64,000 nucleotides of DNA from Octopus vulgaris (GCA_951406725.2 OX597824.1:310001-374000); one strand, 5' to 3'. Positions 1 to 15,122 are shown, numbered from the stretch's first letter. Translations and numbers: made by a program. Notes: generated by a model not told the origin, from the sequence alone.

Positions 1-1082
1 TCTATACTTTTTACTAATTGAGCTGGAAAGCGCACTGAATTTGTTGGTTTGTTTTAGTACTTGAGGAAATATGTAAAGAAAGAATTGATGTATATATTTT
101 GTCTTGTGTCCTATTGTCACTCATAGAATTATGTATTCTTATATTAAAAGTTACCTAAAAAGTTTTCTTGATCCTTTACATTTTTGTGTTAAATGATCGT
201 TTTTTTTTTCCCCTTTTCATTTGTATTAGATGTGACCCATAATAATCTTTACATGCATTTATGTTTCTTAAAACAAAAAAAGATGTCAAATTATAATTGT
301 TGTAAAGAAAAAAAAAGAAAAGAAAAATCAAACAAAAAGAAAACAACCCCTATCTGATGATCATATAATTATCAATTAAATTGCTTTAACAATAATTAAT
401 GTATTTGAAATTTTTGCAGTTCTGAAACTGTTTTCTAATTGAAATTCAGACATTTTCCTTTTCAATACATTTTGTCTTCCAAAGTAAAAATTTTCTTCAT
501 TGATATTTCAACCGTTTCTATTTCAAATATTTGTCACACTGTGAGGCCCAGTTTGCTCTTAATTTTTTTTTTATTCCACCGACTGCCTGTTTTTTTTTTT
601 TTCTTGTTAATCTCTGTCTCTCTCTCACATTATCTTTGGGAAATATTGTTCCCTACCCTGATGTTTTTATATAATGCCCACAACCATCAACACAACAGTT
701 CCATTCTTGTCACTGAAGCAAAGAAACTTGTCTACACATTGTCTCTCGTTTGCATAATCTTTAATCTATACAACAGATTAAAGATCATTTTGTCTCAATC
801 AGGTGCAACATCATGTGATCATTTCTTTCAAAGTATTTTCTTAGAATATTTACCATCATTAAGTGCCTGGGAGAGATACTTAATGAAACTTAGTGAAAAG
901 ACAAAAAAGGTGGGAGTGGGGGAGGGGTTAAGAAGTTAATTAACAAGGGGGTTCTTTTGTTGGAGAACATATTGAAGAGAGTATTTCCCCATTGAATATG
1001 AATATAATCATCTCTCAATTAGTTGGCTTCATTAGAAAATGCAGTATTAATTAGTAAAGTGGAGATGGCAATATATACACAC

Positions 1083-1155
<73 letters not shown>

Positions 1156-1409
1156 AAAAACAAAGAGTTTTAGCCCAAAATAATTTGAAACTAGAGACTA
1201 GAGTAGAATGCTGACTCAGTGAGATCTCCAGCATACTTTAAAATAATAAAAGAACTTCAATCCCTCCCTGCCCACCTCCTCTCAGTAAATGATACGCAAG
1301 TTAGACTTGAATTTTGAAATACAAGTCTTAAGAGTTAAAGTTCTGGTTAGGAATTGCTTGGAATTAAACTTCATTGCTGATAAATATTTTTCTTCCTTTT
1401 CCTTTTTAA

Positions 1410-1628
1410 TACTGCTTTTGCAACCATATTTCTGTTGAAATGCATTAATTTTGTTTCATTCGATTTAGAAAAAACTGAAAAAGTTTTGAAAATAACTTTG
1501 TTATTATTAAGCTTTGGAACATAAATTATTATGAAATTTAAATGCAAAGTTTAAATTTAGATCAGTTTAAGAGAGGAAGTCTGTGTTGCAGAACCACGAA
1601 CAGCCTAGATTGGTATCAAAAGGGTTAA
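1410..1628. mobile_element. piggyBac-like MITE, decayed; a related copy lies at ~1755-1942
   Basis: Ends AAAGGG-TTAA; internal sequence resembles 2979-3189 (accatatttct, tattaagct, tttagatca blocks). Confidence 0.5.
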
Positions 1629-2978
1629 TGATATAATGCCTAGATTATCAATATTCAAGAAAACAAATCTAATGGACAGGGGTAAGTTTGATGTAAATTA
1701 TGAAATTTTCTTACATTGTGTGTGTGTGTGTTGACCATCACAAAGAAATGTTCAATACCATACTAGAGAGTGTTGTTGAAACACTGCCTTTGAAAATAAA
1801 GAAAAATTTAGTTAACTAATTTTGTCACCATTAAGCTGGTATTTGAAATGTCACATGAGATTTTGATGTAATTTAGATCATTTTGAAACAGAGTTTGTGT
1901 CTTAGGACCAGGGAGGGTTCCAGATGGGTTATTATCTAAAGGATGGAAGTTTTGGCTAAGCCATTTGTACTTTGGGTATGTACTTTAAACATTTTAAACC
2001 AACAAGAGAACCTCTGCAGTTTCTTGATATGTTAAAAACAGCAGCTAAATCATATTTTACCTAGCATAGGACACTTTGAGTAATATGGTATACTGTGTTA
2101 AGAAAAAGACAAAATGGTAACACACACAGTGACCCTTTGTAGTTTCAGTGGGGCCAGATAGTTAAAAGGATGTTCCCTTTTCACTTGCAAGGTCTGTGAC
2201 TTAATCCCACTATTTTGCATTTTGGGGCGTCTTACTATACCTCTGTGTAAAGTCATACCTTCCAAGTAAAATTTGGTTGTAGATAGAGACTGTGTGGAAG
2301 CCTGCTGAATGGATTACCCTTGTAATTCAAAGGGGCACTGAATTCACCTGAAAGTTATATTTAGGGTATACAAGTCTATGGAATGCTCAGCCACTCACTG
2401 TGTTTAGAATGGAAAAAAAGGACTGAACGACATAAAAAATACCTCGTGCTTAACTCTTGGATAATTAATTCATTTAATTAAACAGCTGAAAAAAACTTGT
2501 GGTAGGAAATTCTGACTGCTATCCATTCATGAGAGTAATCTAGAATGGTTGTTTCACTTGACCCCAGGGGTTGCAAATAAGATTTTCAAGGGTCCATGGA
2601 AACCCTTTGCTTTCCATATCTCGTCTTCATTTAACTTTTGTTTTCCATGCTGGCAAGAAACATCTAGATTTTTCTCAGATGGTTTTACATGGCTCAGCAC
2701 ATTTCCAGTCACTGAAACATGTTCTCTCACTTGTCGCAAACATACACAAGGGAATGGGTGAAAAACAAAATAGGAATTTTGAAAGAAGTATCGATAAACT
2801 AGTTTCTAAACATGGAACAGCTTTGGAGGCCCACCACAATAAAACAGGAAACAAAAGGCTCCATAGATAAAATAGCTAAGATCCAATAATCTGGGTCCTA
2901 ATAATATATCCAAACATTAATCTTGCTAATCTCATCCAGTTTTTTTTTTGTTCCTTCTTGATTAGCACCAAATTGAAG

Positions 2979-3189
2979 TTAACCCTTTTCTTACCATATT
3001 TCTATTGTAATATACTGCCTTTATTTTAATTAATTTTGATAGTAATGAAGAATTTGGTAAAATTTTGCCATTATTAATCTGGTGCTTAGAAAATGGATTA
3101 GAATGAAGTTTTGATGGGTGGTTTTGATTCTGTTCACTTTAGAATAGGAAGTGTGCATCATAGAAAGGGGTTGTAGTCTAAAGGGTTCA
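2979..3189. mobile_element. piggyBac-like MITE
   Basis: TTAA-CCCTTT ... AAAGGG-TTCA termini, i.e. TTAA target and CCC-starting TIR. Confidence 0.55.
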
Positions 3190-3958
3190 ACAACAACTCT
3201 TAAACATTTTGTGTTTTCTAAAATCTTCATTTTTAAAAGATTCAAGTTTTGTATCCAGTTTAACCCAGGATATTATCAAATACTAATTACATTAGCTTTT
3301 TAAATAATTTTGCTTATATTCCCACCACCCCTCCCCTCATTTATCTTTGTATTCTAGTGACATTTTTGAAATTCTTTAATCTTTCAAATTATTTGATTTT
3401 AATCTCTAGTTTGCCAAAATAAGTACTAAATGCTACCAAACTATCCTTTTTCACTCTAACACTTCAGAAATTAAGGATTTTGACTTTTTTTTAACAAAAT
3501 GGCAATTTAAAAATTTCATTTTTTAATTATTTTTCAACTTATAATTTTCAATAATTTACATTTAATTTTTTAGTTTAGTTTATTTTAATTAATATCATTT
3601 TAAAATATATTGCAAGACTATCATGAGTTGTAAAATGAATGCATTAGTTGTTGAATTGCAAACACTAAAACTAAACACAATTTTATGAAATTTCCAGAAA
3701 TCTATTCTGAATCTTTTTGAAGTGTCATTTGAAATTTTTGCAAAATATATTCATTGCATATTTTAATACAATTTTTCTCCTTTATATAATATATATATAT
3801 CTTTATATATATATATATTTTGTACATATGAAATGACTTTTTGCAACAAAAATAAATTTGCTTTTGGCTTTCTATAAATTAAAAAACCAAAAAATCCAGA
3901 AAAATCTATTAATTTCTTAAAGCCACAGTTTTGCTTCACAGTTGAGTTGGATTCCGTT

Positions 3959-4009
<51 letters not shown>

Positions 4010-4595
4010 CACATATATACATATGTGGAAACTCGCTACGGGGTGAGTGGATAACAGGAGAAACCTAGAGAGGAAGGACCTTCATCAAACAAATGTTTTG
4101 GCCTATTAGTTCTCTGAGGGAGCTTGGCCCACCTTAGGTCACGACTCTTAGGTGCCCTCCTGCATACATATATACATACATAATCTTGTTGACATTTTCA
4201 TCTTTTTTTTCTAAAAGGTCACCAGTTGGCTGTCTTATATTTTAATTTATACCAAAGATGTTTAAATATATTCATCTAACTCCTGTTTAGCATGGAAGAA
4301 AAAGATGTAAAAAAAAAACACAAGAAAATACCTCGCAAATGCTTGACTCTTAAGGTAATTTCATAACATCTTTGGCAGTCCCCCACCCCACATGAAAGAC
4401 TTGAAATAGTTGTCTCTATTTAAAAGGCAATAAAAATGTTAAAAGTATCTTTAATCACATCTATGTAATAAAAATGTATATAATTTTTAAGTCTCACTGT
4501 TTTGTTTTAAGTTCAATTTTCTTGATTCTTTACAAATCTGCTTATAGACTGGAATGCTGCTAAATCCAACCTAAGAGTACACACACATATATATA

Positions 4596-5714
4596 TGAGG
4601 GGGGACCCAAAAGAAACTGGAGTTTTGCAATATTATTTAATTCATTTAGTTTTATATGTTTACACTTTTATCACCTTCAAAGTATTCTCCATTTGAAGGA
4701 ATGCATCAGTCCAGGCATGTTTTCCACTATTCGAACCAGTGCTGGAACTTTTGCCAAGTGACGCCTTTTAATGCCTCTGTCGTTTTTTTCTTCAGTCTTT
4801 CCACATCTGCAAAACATTTTCCTTTAAAGACTTTTTTTCTTTCATTCAGGGTTTCAAAAAAAAAAAATTGCAGAGAGCAAGATTTAGTGAATAGGGAAGG
4901 TAAGTGGGGTCATTCCTTTTTGGTTGAAAACTGTCTCACACTGAAAGGGAGGGGGGGAGTGCGCTGTTGTAATGAAACCACCACTTGGCCACTGGTCGGG
5001 GCATTTTTGTCTTATAAATGCTTCAAAACTGCCAAGTATTATTATCAGGCTAACAGTTTGACCAGGAAGAACAAATTCTGTGTTGGACGATTACTTTTGC
5101 TTGGATGAAACAAACCAACATTGTCTTGACACTGGGCTTCACTAGATGTGTGCTTTTTGGTTGTCATGGTGACGTTGAATGCTTTCATTGCTGCTTCGTT
5201 TCTGGGTTGTAGCTGTAGCACCAGCATTTGTCACCAGTGATGACCTTTGAAAACAAGTTGAGATCAACTTCCAACTGCTCTTCCTGTTCAAAACACGCAT
5301 GGAATCGTGACTGTTTTTCAACTTCTGTGAGCAAGCAAGGCATAAATTTTGCTATAACTCTTCATTTGCAATTTTTCACTCAAAATTCATTTACAGGAGC
5401 TCCAGGACACACCAGTCACATCAACAAGCTCGTCAATTATTCGGTGATGGTCCTCCAAGATCAGTTCATGAATTTTCGTGATATTTATGTTCATTTGAGA
5501 GGTCAATAGTCACCCTAGATGAGGTTGGTCTTCAAGTGACTGGTGATCATCCCTAAAGCATGAAAATCACTCGTAAACTTGTTTCCCCTCATGGCAGCTG
5601 TTTAAAGCATTACAACTCTTTTGGCTGATGTTTTCCACAGCAAAAAAAAAAAGGAATTTCACAGAAACAGGCTTGTCCCACAGAGAATGCTTCCAGTAAC
5701 TTTCGGGTACCTCC

Positions 5715-5715
<1 letters not shown>
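4596..5715 (-). mobile_element. Decayed mariner transposon with internal deletion
   Basis: Imperfect TIRs (tgaggggggacccaaaagaaactgga / ttccagtaactttcgggtacctccg) flanked by TA; minus-strand remnants VITGDKCWCYSYNPETKQQ and C-terminal CIPSNGEYFEG. Confidence 0.8.
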
Positions 5716-5757
<42 letters not shown>

Positions 5758-5861
5758 CATACATACGCATACATATTCATACATACGCATACATATACAT
5801 ACATATGTATACATATGTATATATATGTGTGTGTGTATATATATGTGTGTGTGTGTGTGTG

Positions 5862-5932
<71 letters not shown>

Positions 5933-5936
5933 GTGT

Positions 5937-6514
5937 GTGCCAAAGAAACAGCTACGGTGCACTGCAGGATAGGGCCACCCCTTGAAAAAGATGATACACT
6001 CACAGGAAATCCAATGAGGATAAGTGAAATACTAAATGAGCAATTCAAAAGTATTTTCACTCCACCCCTAGGGCACTTTCAATTCAGCAATCCAACTGAC
6101 TTCTTTACCACTGCAGATATAAAAACAGAGGCAATGATGATTGATTACATCAATATAAAGGAAGACGATGTAATGAGGGCTATAGATGAAATTAACCCAA
6201 ACTCAGCTAGTCCTAGCAAGACCACTGCAGTTCCTCTTTCAGAGCTTCCTTGCAACTGGCAAACTTCCAAGAAACTGAAGGAAGGTAAAATATGCCCTAT
6301 TCATAAAGGAGGTAGCAGAGCGGAGGCCAAGAATTTCAGACATATCTCTCTGACCTCACACATCAGCAAGGTCATGGAACGAATAGTCAGAAGGAAACTG
6401 ATCACTTTCCTTAAAGAAAATGACTTGCTGCCTGACACCCAACATGGTTTCCGACCAGGAAGAAGCTGCTTAACTCAGCTCCTACAACACTATGACTGGG
6501 TGCTGAAACGACTG
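5937..6514 (+). mobile_element. Internal fragment of LINE family A1 ORF2 (linker and RT start), with a deletion removing GPDG
   Basis: Collinear with 13292-13915; PIHKGG, HISLTSHISK, QHGFRPGRSC motifs. Confidence 0.9.
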
Positions 6515-6578
6515 CCAGGTGGTGCTATTAAGTTAGACATGGCCTGGGCCAATAATGGCCGAAACCTATCAAAGTATC
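6515..6578 (+). mobile_element. 3' terminus of LINE family B with AAAGTATC tail
   Basis: Matches the reverse complement of ~15950-16012. Confidence 0.85.
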
Positions 6579-7246
<668 letters not shown>

Positions 7247-9300
7247 TGATTGATTGATTGATGATTGATTGATTGATTCCAGTTCCAGCCTGTGAGCTGT
7301 GGCCATGCTGGGGCACCGCCATTTGGTGTTGCTACTTGGTTTTACTTCATGGGGCTTTCTAGCAACTGCTATTTGGTGCATGAGAGAGTTCGATGCAGCT
7401 GCCCTCATCTGCCCCTCCTGCCGTGAAGTTGGTTCATCTGGGACACCAGACAGNNNNNNNNNNNNNNNNNNNNNNNNNNNNNNNNNNNNNNNNNNNNNNN
7501 NNNNNNNNNNNNNNNNNNNNNNNNNNNNNNNNNNNNNNNNNNNNNNNNNNNNNGATCAGTTTTTTTCTGATGATTCGTTCCATGACCTTACTTATGTGTG
7601 ACGTCAGGGAGACTGGCCTGTAGTTTTTGGCCTCCGCTCTACTCCCTCCTTTGTGGATAGGGCATATGGTGCCTTCTTTTAGCGCCCTGGGCAGTTTACC
7701 GTTAGCCAAGGAACCACTGAAGAGCTTCTTCAGTGGTCCCGCTAGGGCATGCCTGCATGTTTTTAGGAGGACTGCTGGGAATCCATCTGGTCCAGCAGCT
7801 GAGTTTATTCTCATTTCTTCTATGGCAGATATTACATCCCTCTCTGTTATGTCTATGTGGTCGATGGTTGTTGTTTGGTTTTGGAGTGTTGTGGCATCAA
7901 AGAAAACTTCTGGGTTTGTGATTTGCATGTGCCCCAGAGGGGATGTGAACACACTTTTATACTGTTCCTTTAGTATTTCACTTATCCCTTGGGGGTCCTC
8001 AGTTAGAGAGCCCTTTTTATCAAAGAGTGGGCCAATCTTGCAGTGTACCGAGGTGGTTTCTTTCGCAAATTTAAAGAAGGCTTTAGGGTTTGTTTTAATA
8101 TTCTCTATGGCCCTGGCTTCTCTCTCTGCCCTCTCCTTCTCATAGGAAAGTTTGAGTGCAGTTTCCGTTTCAAAAAGTTTCAGGTGGAGTCCCTCATTGT
8201 TTCTCTGCCGTGCATTCAGTTGCTTCGAGAGCTTAGCTCTTCGCCTCATAAGTATTTTCCTGTCTCTGGGAATAACGTTCCTATGCCCGCTGGCTTTTTT
8301 CTCCGGGACAAACTTATGGCATATGTTCTGTATTGTTGTCATGAAATGTTGGAAATGTGTGTCGGTGTCTTGTGTGGTGATGAAGTCACTCCAGTCATGT
8401 TTTCGGATCTCTTCGTTGATCTTCTTCCAGTTTGCCTTATGGAAGTTTAGACTGGATAGGCCTGTGGTATTTTCTAATGGCTGCGTCTCAACTAAGTCTC
8501 TCATACCATATATCATTACCTCTACTAAGTTGTGATCTGAGAGAATTGTTGGTGTTACCATTATGTTGTGGATGAGCATCGGGTTGCTTGTGAAACAGAG
8601 GTCCAAGACATTCTCACCTCTTGTTGGCCGAAGCACTGCTTGCTCCATGAAAAACTTGCGTGTGAGAGCCAACAAGGACTCTGTCTGTCTCTGTTCAAGT
8701 GATGTCATTCCAGGGAGGAGATGGCCATCTGGCCATTTGACTTTCGGAAGGTTAAAATCTCCCAGCAGTAGAATGGTGTTACCCTGGTCCAGTTTGTCCA
8801 GGACTTCTTCTATTCTTCTGAGGCTATCTTCAAACACTCCTTCATGACTAGGGGTGTCTGGTGGCCGATATGTGACACATATTACTATTTTCGGTTGTTT
8901 CATGTGTACTATCAGTGTGTCACAGACTGAGTTTGAGTGTGTCAACAGTACTATGGGTGTGACATCTTCACGGACGTACAGGGCAACCCCACCATGAGTT
9001 CTTTCCTTCCTGTCTGACCGAAAAACAGTATACTTTGGTATGTGTATTTCTGCATCTGCTATACTGCTTGACAGGTGCGTTTCAGTCAGCGCTATGCATA
9101 TTGCATGGTTGCTTGTGCTTAAGTCCCTAAGGTAAGGAATTTTACTCATATTAGTGGGTTTCACCAGACCTCTGACATTCAGCAGAAGCACTGGTGAGAT
9201 ATTTGGGGTGTCAATAAAGGCTGACGGTGTGGCACCTGGGCTGGTGTCAGCGGTGGCCACCCTGGGTCCCTTGATTGTGGTGGTCTTGAGTGCTGTTGTG
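7247..9300 (-). mobile_element. LINE family A2 (CR1/L2-group APE-RT), 5'-truncated; most of RT falls in the gap; (AATC)n tail
   Basis: APE motifs LLNVRGL, LTETHL, YRPP, GDFN, PTRG..LDL, SDH; GPDG and NYRPVSLTS; the C-terminus and 3'UTR beyond the gap are homologous to 15015-15190. Confidence 0.93.
7454..7553. other. Assembly gap (100 N)
   Basis: N run; comparison with the A1 copy implies about 1.2 kb is missing. Confidence 0.99.
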
Positions 9301-10822
<1,522 letters not shown>

Positions 10823-10872
10823 GAAAAAAACAAGTCAAAAATAGAAAATACTAAAATAATTTTATAGTGAAC

Positions 10873-10918
10873 ATTTCAGTACCGGTTTCGGTCATTTTGA
10901 GACCTTTTCAACTGTAAC
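10873..10918 (-). ncRNA. Type I hammerhead ribozyme, U3-A8 core variant
   Basis: cag-UUGAAAA-gguc(ucaaaau)gacc-GAAA-ccgg-UA-cug. Confidence 0.75.
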
Positions 10919-11264
10919 GATTAAATAATTAAATTTAGAAAAATTAGAAGAAAAGTTTTTTAAAAGAATATTTCTATAGTAGTGTTCAGATTTAAGTGGC
11001 ATTCTGCCTTTCTCTGACTCCCTTGTTTGCACTTGTGTGTTGGAGGTCGTTGTGAGTTCTTGGTAGGGTAGTAGAGGAAGAAAGCTGGTGAGGAAAGGGG
11101 GTGGGAGAATCTGGGAGTGCCCTGATGGTCGTATTTTGAATGGTCAGTGGCGGCTGGCAGTCTCAGTTCAATTCAGGAGAATATTTATATTGACAGGCTT
11201 GTTTATAGAATTTGCGTAGGTGTTATATTAAAAAACATTAGTGACAACGTTAAGGGGTAGGAGG

Positions 11265-11460
11265 TGGAGAAGTAGAAGAAGAAGAAGAAGAAGAAGAAGA
11301 AGAAGAAGAAGATGACGATGTTGATGATGATGATGATGATGAAGAAGAAGAAGAAGGAGAAGGAGAAGGAGAAGATGATGGTGATGGTGGTGATGATTAT
11401 GACGACGATGATGATGATAATGATGATGATGAAGAAGAAGAGGAAGAAGAAGAAAAAAAC
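11265..11460. repeat. (GAA)n/(GAT)n compound microsatellite inside the PLE 3' region
   Basis: Seen directly. Confidence 0.95.
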
Positions 11461-11742
11461 AGAGAAGGGAGAATATGAATGGGTTAAAGTAGTGAGGTGT
11501 TGTATGACTTGAAGTTGGTATGTTATGGATTATAGCTGTGATTTAAGCTGTGATTAGTAATGGATTCTTTGGAATGTAATATTTGTGTGTGAATATTTCT
11601 TTTATTCTAAAGTTGAGGTATATTAATTGTTTGTCGTAGACCCGTTAAGAAGTGGCCTGTATTTTGCAATAAAGAGAGTTTCTTTACTTATTCGTTGTCT
11701 CGAGGTTGTATCGTCCCATATATATATATGTATATATATGTA

Positions 11743-12174
11743 TGCCAAAAAGGATGGCATCCATATGCCAAAAAGGATGGAAACAAGCAGCGCACACGGG
11801 TATGTAGGTTCTACCTGAAAGGTGCCTGCCGGCATGGAGAGGAAGGTGCAGGCTGCCGCTTTGCACATCCGGGACCCTGCCACAGAAACCAACCACCGAA
11901 AGGAAATGGGATGGACCACGCATCACCTGCCCCAAAACGGAGGTACGCAGATGTGGTGCGTACCACAAACCACCAACGTGTTGTTGAAAGGGCAGCTGCT
12001 GAGCAGGAATCTTTTTTGTGCATGGCACAAAAGATTGTACAGCAGCTAACCTGGCTCCATCAGGCTCAGGCTCGCAGATGGAAGTGCCCACAGTTCACAA
12101 GACCGCCACTGCAGATGGACCCAGGGTGGACACCGCCGGCAACAGCATACACCTCACCTCGATGCTCCTACTGA
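11743..12174 (+). CDS. LINE ORF1 C-terminal part with CCCH zinc finger (5'-partial)
   Basis: CRFYLKGACRHGEEGAGCRFAH; overlaps the ORF2 start in another frame. Confidence 0.75.
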   Translation, partial: CQKGWHPYAKKDGNKQRTRVCRFYLKGACRHGEEGAGCRFAHPGPCHRNQPPKGNGMDHASPAPKRRYADVVRTTNHQRVVERAAAEQESFLCMAQKIVQQLTWLHQAQARRWKCPQFTRPPLQMDPGWTPPATAYTSPRCSY

Positions 12175-15122
12175 ACATCAGAGGACTACTAACACACAGT
12201 AACAGGACAAAAGTCCCGTTCCTGAGAGACTTTGTCGCATGCAATCAAGCCTTATGCATAGCACTCACAGAAACGCATCTCAAACCGGACATAGCAGATG
12301 CGGAGTTACACATACCACAGTATGTTGTACTACGGACTGACAGGAAAGAAAGGAGTCATGGAGGAGTTGCTATGTACATCCGTGGGGACCTCACACCCCA
12401 GGTCCTTTTGTCATACTCAAACTCGGTGTGTGACACACTAATTGTACACATAAGGCAACTTGATGTAGTTGTGTGTGCTACATATCGCCCTCCAGATGCC
12501 CCAAGTCATATGGGCAAGTTTGAGGACTGCCTTTTAAAAATAGAAGAAGTTCTAATCACATTAGAACAACACATAAGTGTACTTCTCATGGGAGACTTCA
12601 ATCTACCCAATGTCAGATGGCCCGAGGGCCTTTCTCTCCCAGGAATGACAAGATGTGAACGAGGACAGGCGAGGTCCCTCCTGAACCTCATCAACACCCT
12701 GTACATGGAGCAAGTAATACTCCAACCAACCAGAGCAGGTAACACACTGGATCTCTGCTTCACAAATAATATGGATCTCATCCATAATGTGAAAGTGACA
12801 CCGACACTACTCTCGGATCACAACATGGTAGAGCTGACCATGTACGGGCCAAAAGAGAGCACGGACATGCAGCCTACAAGAAACCCTCAGAATCTTTCCA
12901 GCTTGAACTTCAATAAGGCAAACTGGAAACAAATTGAGAAAGAGATCCTCAAACAAAACTGGCCTGAATGTCTCTCCTCGCCGGACATCGACATGATACT
13001 TCAACAATTCATGTCTGTAATGCAAGCCATATGCTACAAATGTGTCCCAGAGAGAAAGGCCACTGTACACAAGAACAAAATCCCCAGAGAGAGGAAAATT
13101 TTAATGAGACGGCGTACAAAAATTTCAAATCGCCTACACAAACAAATTGAAAGCAGTGAAAAGTCCCGCCTGAAAATAAAACTGTTGGAAATTGAAAATT
13201 GTCTGCAACTCTCCCATGAGAAGGAAAGAGCAGACAAAGAAGCCTGGGCTATAGACAACATAAAAACTAACCCCAGAGCTTTCTACAGGTATGCCAAAGA
13301 AACAGCTACGGTGCACTGTAGGATAGGGCCACTCCTTGAAAAGGATGGCACACTCACAGGAAAACCAATGAGGGTAAGTGAAATACTGAATGAACAATTT
13401 AAGAGTGTTTTCACTCCACCCCTTGGGCATTTCCAAATCAGCAATCCAACTGACTTCTTTACCACTGCAGATATAGAATCAGAGGCGGCGACGATAAATT
13501 ACATCGATATAAAGGAAGACGATGTAATAAAGGCTATAGATGAAATGAAAACAGACTCAGCTATTGGCCCCGATGGATTCCCGGCAATCCTCCTAAAAGT
13601 ATGTAAGAGAGTCCTAGCAAGACCACTGCAGTTCCTCTTTCAGAGCTTCCTTGCAGCTGGCAAACTTCCAAGAAAACTGAAGGAAGGTAAAATATGCCCT
13701 ATTCATAAAGGAGGTAGCAGAGCGGAGGCCAAGAACTACAGACCTATCTCTCTGACCTCACACATCAGCAAGGTCATGGAACGAATAGTCAGAAGGAAAC
13801 TAATCACCTTCCTTGAAGAAAATGACTTGCTGCCTGACACCCAACATGGTTTCCGACCAGGAAGAAGCTGCTTAACTCAGCTCCTGCAGCACTATGACTG
13901 GGTGCTGAAACAACTGCTCAACCACTCAAATGTGGAAGTCATATATCTCGACTTCGCAAAGGCCTTCGATAAAGTCGATCATGGAATGATATGTCACAAA
14001 CTGCGTGATCTTGGCATAGTTGGAAAACTAGGAGAATGGCTTCATGACTTTCTGAAGAATAGAAGTCAGGTGGTAGCAGCCAATGGGGCCACTTCCATTA
14101 GCACGCAAATAGTGAGCGGTGTTCCACAGGGCACTGTTTTGGGACCACTACTGTTCATAATGGCCCTCTCAGACATGCCCTCAGCCACGCAGAGAGCCAC
14201 GATCACAAGTTATGCAGATGATACAAAAGTTTCACAGGCAATACAGAACCCTGAAGACACTAAACGCCTGCAATGTGAGCTGGACGAAATATACAAGTGG
14301 GCTGAAAAGAATAGCATGCAGTTCAATGCTGAAAAGTTTCAAGCTTTATACTATCAGCATGCAAAACTGAATGCAATACCCAATGAATACACTGTACCCG
14401 GAGGGATTGCAATCCCAGAGGCACAATCAGTGCGTGACCTGGGTATTCACATGAGTGATGACGCGACCTTTCATGTACATGTTGCTAAACTGACAATGAA
14501 ATGCAGACGGCTGGCTGGATGGATTCTTAGAACCTTTAGAACAAGAGAACAAGAAACCATGATGGTCCTCTGGAAGACACTTGTCCTAAGCCACTTTGAC
14601 TATTGCTCTCAGCTATGGTCACCATCCAGTGTCAAGTTGATCACAGAACTTGAGGCGATCCAACGAAGCTACACGAAGAAGATAGCCTCTGTGCAGCATA
14701 CGAGCTACTGGGAGAGACTCAAGAGATTAAAGCTCTATTCCCTGGAGCGTAGGCGAGAAAGATATGTCATAATATATATTTGGAAGATCCTGGAAGGTCT
14801 TGTCCCAGACTTTGGCATAGAGAGTCACACAAACGCTAGAACCGGACGCCACTGCGTAGTACCAAGGACTCCAAATTTGCCATCAAGATGTAGGACAAGA
14901 TATTGTGATAGCCTGGGCTTCAGAGGCCCACGGCTCTTCAATGTCCTCCCGAAGAACCTGAGGGATCTGCATGGTGTAGATGCGGATGTCTTTAAAGTAG
15001 GACTGGATCTCTTCCTGTCAGGTGTCCCGGATGAACCAACTTCACGGCAGGAGGTGCAGATGAGGGCAGCTGCATCGAACTCTCTCATGCATCAGATGGC
15101 GTTTGCTAAAAAGCATCCGTGA
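12078..15122 (+). CDS. LINE ORF2: APE endonuclease plus reverse transcriptase (start ATG 12078 or 12162)
   Basis: Uninterrupted ~1000 codons; LLNIRGL, LTETHL, GDFN, SDH; YRPISLTS, QHGFR, LDFAKAFD, GVPQGTVLGP, YADD. Confidence 0.97.
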   Translation: MEVPTVHKTATADGPRVDTAGNSIHLTSMLLLNIRGLLTHSNRTKVPFLRDFVACNQALCIALTETHLKPDIADAELHIPQYVVLRTDRKERSHGGVAMYIRGDLTPQVLLSYSNSVCDTLIVHIRQLDVVVCATYRPPDAPSHMGKFEDCLLKIEEVLITLEQHISVLLMGDFNLPNVRWPEGLSLPGMTRCERGQARSLLNLINTLYMEQVILQPTRAGNTLDLCFTNNMDLIHNVKVTPTLLSDHNMVELTMYGPKESTDMQPTRNPQNLSSLNFNKANWKQIEKEILKQNWPECLSSPDIDMILQQFMSVMQAICYKCVPERKATVHKNKIPRERKILMRRRTKISNRLHKQIESSEKSRLKIKLLEIENCLQLSHEKERADKEAWAIDNIKTNPRAFYRYAKETATVHCRIGPLLEKDGTLTGKPMRVSEILNEQFKSVFTPPLGHFQISNPTDFFTTADIESEAATINYIDIKEDDVIKAIDEMKTDSAIGPDGFPAILLKVCKRVLARPLQFLFQSFLAAGKLPRKLKEGKICPIHKGGSRAEAKNYRPISLTSHISKVMERIVRRKLITFLEENDLLPDTQHGFRPGRSCLTQLLQHYDWVLKQLLNHSNVEVIYLDFAKAFDKVDHGMICHKLRDLGIVGKLGEWLHDFLKNRSQVVAANGATSISTQIVSGVPQGTVLGPLLFIMALSDMPSATQRATITSYADDTKVSQAIQNPEDTKRLQCELDEIYKWAEKNSMQFNAEKFQALYYQHAKLNAIPNEYTVPGGIAIPEAQSVRDLGIHMSDDATFHVHVAKLTMKCRRLAGWILRTFRTREQETMMVLWKTLVLSHFDYCSQLWSPSSVKLITELEAIQRSYTKKIASVQHTSYWERLKRLKLYSLERRRERYVIIYIWKILEGLVPDFGIESHTNARTGRHCVVPRTPNLPSRCRTRYCDSLGFRGPRLFNVLPKNLRDLHGVDADVFKVGLDLFLSGVPDEPTSRQEVQMRAAASNSLMHQMAFAKKHP

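Larger units (their letters stand above)
10823..11718 (-). mobile_element. Penelope-like element 3' end (GIY-YIG C-terminus plus pLTR)
   Basis: RQRISKETLFIAKYRPLLN resembles the end of the 45944 ORF (RLNKETFFIEKYKPRLN); hammerhead downstream; TA arrays on both sides. Confidence 0.75.

Noticed and set aside
354-360. CTGATGA (similar isolated cores at ~27095 and ~33523)
   Set aside because: No stem II-GAAA-UH context.
439-939. 166-aa hydrophobic ORF
   Set aside because: TTG start, T-rich low complexity, no motifs.
7627-8847. Antisense ORFs over the LINEs (also 12506-13465 and 18375-19179)
   Set aside because: Shadow frames of ORF2.
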